The translations under genes were made by a program, and so were the position numbers. A stretch of 32,000 nt of DNA from Crocosphaera subtropica ATCC 51142 (GTDB lineage: Bacteria > Cyanobacteriota > Cyanobacteriia > Cyanobacteriales > Microcystaceae): the NCBI RefSeq assembly GCF_000017845.1, contig NC_010546.1, positions 3,720,001 to 3,752,000 on the forward strand. Direction: 5' to 3'. Positions 29,558-32,000 of this stretch are shown here, in pieces. Within the stretch, counting starts at the first letter, position 1, and each line of letters begins with the position of its first letter. The notes beneath the pieces were generated by a model, which saw only the letters and a program-made list of their open reading frames with translations, was not told the origin of the DNA and searched no databases.

Positions 29558-31018
29558 ATGAAACTAAAAAGTTTAATGTTCCCCCTAATTCCCCATGAGA
29601 AAAATGAACGAAGGCAATGGTTTTTATTCGGTTGTATTCTTCTGTTAGCTGTTGCTCTCTATATTTATAAAATTGATTCAAAAGGCTTATGGATTGATGA
29701 ATTTATCAGCTTGATTGATGCTGAAAAATTAAGAATGAAAGATGGTAGGTTTCTGTATTATCCTACCTTAGCTTTCTGGATGACCTTCAGTAATAGTGAT
29801 GCTTGGTTAAGAGGATTATCGGTTATTTTTGCCCTAGGAAGTGTTGTCTTAATTTATGAACTAGGCCGTTACCTATTCAATGAAACGACAGGGTTGGTAG
29901 CTGCTTTGATGTTGACAGTTTCTCCCTTATTTATCAATCATGCTCAAGAGGTTCGTTATTATACCTTAGCCACCTGTATTACCCTTGCAGGAACTCTCTT
30001 TTTAGCTCATGCTTTACAACAACCTAATAACTGGAAAACTAAAGCTGGGTGGGCCGTAATGAGGTTTTTAGCTATTCTTACCGTTCCCTTTAATGGGGCT
30101 TTATTAGGGGCTGATTTATTCCTCATCGGTACACAATTTTCTCAACAAAAACAGAAATTACTGGCTTTTGCTAAACCCTTCATAGGATTGATCATTCTCT
30201 GTATTCCTATTGCCATTGATTTAATCTCCACCGTTACGTCAGGAAAACACCACTTAGTCGGTCCAACTCCTGGTATTAGAGAAGTTTTTCGGGAATTAAG
30301 AATATTAACAGCTTATTCTTATCCCCCTCCCCCCCCTTATTTAACTAGATTTTTACAGGTTTACATTCTTTTAGTGATAGCTGTAATGGTGATTGCCATT
30401 ATTAAAAAACCTCGTAGCCAACAAACTCTATGGGTAGCTGCTTGGGGATTTATTCCTTTAACAATAATTTTTGTTTATTCTCATCTCTCCAACTCCATTT
30501 GGATTACTCGCTATTTTATGTTTATTGCGCCCTATTTGTTGCTTCTTTTAGCAGTAGGTTTTCTAAAAATATGGCGACAATGGCGAGCTATGGCCATAAT
30601 TGTAGCGTTGGTATATGGTATCGCCGTGAGCATTGGATTAACTCATTATTATAGCTCACCAGCACGTTATATGGGCGCTCGTGGAGATTTTTATCGAGGG
30701 GTTGCTCAGCTAATTAATGCAGAGGAAAAACCAGGAGATGTGATTATTTGGTCGATCATTCATGGAACTTCTAAACCCTTAGAACATTATCATCGTGGCT
30801 CGGCTTCTATTATCAAGAAAGACTATCAATATAAGTTTGACGAAGCTAACATAAAAGAGTGGCTTAATAGCTTACCACCCATTGAATCTCGTATGTGGAT
30901 AGTATATCCAAACCAGTCTAAACTTTTCTGCCAACTACTTCAAGAAAAGTATAACAATGTCAAAAACTATAAAAAATTTGGTCAGTGTAGTGTATCGTTA
31001 ATTAATCCAGAAAGTTAA
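29558..31018 (+). CDS. GT-C fold glycosyltransferase, family 39 / ArnT-PMT-like membrane protein
   Basis: 486 aa and polytopic. Acidic first-loop motif 'GLWIDEFIS' and a C-terminal soluble domain. Family call is by architecture and recollection. Confidence 0.75.
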   Translation: MKLKSLMFPLIPHEKNERRQWFLFGCILLLAVALYIYKIDSKGLWIDEFISLIDAEKLRMKDGRFLYYPTLAFWMTFSNSDAWLRGLSVIFALGSVVLIYELGRYLFNETTGLVAALMLTVSPLFINHAQEVRYYTLATCITLAGTLFLAHALQQPNNWKTKAGWAVMRFLAILTVPFNGALLGADLFLIGTQFSQQKQKLLAFAKPFIGLIILCIPIAIDLISTVTSGKHHLVGPTPGIREVFRELRILTAYSYPPPPPYLTRFLQVYILLVIAVMVIAIIKKPRSQQTLWVAAWGFIPLTIIFVYSHLSNSIWITRYFMFIAPYLLLLLAVGFLKIWRQWRAMAIIVALVYGIAVSIGLTHYYSSPARYMGARGDFYRGVAQLINAEEKPGDVIIWSIIHGTSKPLEHYHRGSASIIKKDYQYKFDEANIKEWLNSLPPIESRMWIVYPNQSKLFCQLLQEKYNNVKNYKKFGQCSVSLINPES

Positions 31019-31135
31019 TCCATTCGATACTTATAGATAGAATTACGAGCTATCAACTTCCATAATTGGCTCAATTCTCTTACCGTTTCATGTTACATTA
31101 TCAACAAAATTTTTAATCAAAATCTATATAAAGTG

Positions 31136-32000
31136 ATGAGCGAAACATTAAGACTATTAACTCAGCAAGATAATCAAAATTACAGTGAAACTTATCTTTC
31201 TGTCATTGTTCCCATTTATAATGAACTAGAGAGTTTACCCCTGCTAGTTCAAGCAATTGCTGATGTTTTAACAGAGAACCAATTATCTTACGAAATTATT
31301 TGTGTTGACGATGGCTCTCAGGATGGCTCTGCTGAATTATTGCAAGACCTTGCTAACAGTCGTCATGATTTAGTAGCCATTATTTTTCGTCGCAACTACG
31401 GCCAAACTCCAGCGATGGCAGCCGGATTTCAATATGCTAAAGGAAATATTATTATTACCTTAGATGGAGATTTACAAAATGATCCGGCCGATATTCCTAA
31501 GCTCGTTGCCAAACTCGAAGAAGGTTATGATTTGGTGAGTGGTTGGCGTAAAAATCGCCAAGATGCCCGTTTAACAAGACTTCTACCCTCTAAAATTGCT
31601 AATTGGATTATCGGTCGAGTCACAGGGGTTAAATTGCATGACTATGGATGTTCTTTAAAAGCCTATCGTCGGGAAGTGCTATCGGATATGAATCTTTACG
31701 GCGAACTCCATCGCTTTTTACCGGCTCTTGCCTATATCGAAGGAGCAAAAATTACTGAAATTCCTGTTCGTCATCATGCCCGACGTTATGGAAATAGTAA
31801 ATATGGTTTAGGACGGACTTTCCGAGTCTTAATGGATTTACTGACTATCTTTTTCCTGAAAAAGTTTCTGACCCGTCCTATGCACATTTTTGGACTCGGT
31901 GGCTTAATTTTATTGATAACCGGCCTGTTGATGGGCAGTTACTTAACCTTTATCAAACTGATTCTTGGATTGAGTATCGGTCATCGTCCTTTACTGATTT
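31136..32000 (+). CDS. GT2 polyprenyl-phosphate sugar transferase (ArnC/GtrB/DPM1-like), 3'-partial at window end
   Basis: Not in the ORF track because it is open-ended. ATG 31136. 'LSVIVPIYNE', 'VDDGSQDGS', DxD 'DGDLQNDP', then C-terminal TM helices 'MHIFGLGGLILLITGLLMG'. Confidence 0.9.
   Translation, partial: MSETLRLLTQQDNQNYSETYLSVIVPIYNELESLPLLVQAIADVLTENQLSYEIICVDDGSQDGSAELLQDLANSRHDLVAIIFRRNYGQTPAMAAGFQYAKGNIIITLDGDLQNDPADIPKLVAKLEEGYDLVSGWRKNRQDARLTRLLPSKIANWIIGRVTGVKLHDYGCSLKAYRREVLSDMNLYGELHRFLPALAYIEGAKITEIPVRHHARRYGNSKYGLGRTFRVLMDLLTIFFLKKFLTRPMHIFGLGGLILLITGLLMGSYLTFIKLILGLSIGHRPLLI

Noticed and set aside
30430-30654. Alternative-frame ORF inside the GT39 gene
   Set aside because: A shadow ORF within a long polytopic CDS.

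Overview
The window looks like chromosomal DNA from an AT-rich cyanobacterium. The octamer GCGATCGC (HIP1) occurs at least 16 times, heptamer tandem repeats sit in intergenic DNA, and there are PEP-CTERM, Uma2/DUF820, DUF760 and ABA4-like genes. A Cyanothece/Crocosphaera-type unicellular lineage is my guess only. Most of the window is ordinary core metabolism and housekeeping: pyrH-frr, a CodA-like amidohydrolase, a group 2 sigma factor, DUF760, mutY, and a cation-homeostasis/stress cluster (NhaP-type antiporter, pore-loop channel, DUF421, YhdF-like SDR). It also holds an S66 LD-carboxypeptidase, NfeD-SPFH, phosphoketolase divergent from a gap1-like GAPDH, leuB, pyrC, lepB, tRNA-Glu(UUC), tRNA-Ser(CGA) and a GT39/GT2 glycosylation pair; the GT2 gene runs off the 3' edge. 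I found no CRISPR array, transposase, integrase, phage genes or recognisable defence system. The more unusual items are listed here. (1) Two tandem, 7-nt-spaced membrane Ser/Thr kinase paralogs share a C-terminal module I cannot name. (2) A MITE-like element is present in two copies, each directly behind a stop codon (SPFH and gap). (3) A MutY has a C-terminal domain that keeps an almost complete MutT-type Nudix box. (4) A C5-T-C8 tract encodes PPPPP inside the GT39 gene. (5) Heptamer repeat arrays supply the last codons and the stop of the antiporter and truncate a Uma2 pseudogene. (6) There are two decayed Uma2 genes. None of these is demonstrably a new system from sequence alone, and interest scores are set accordingly.
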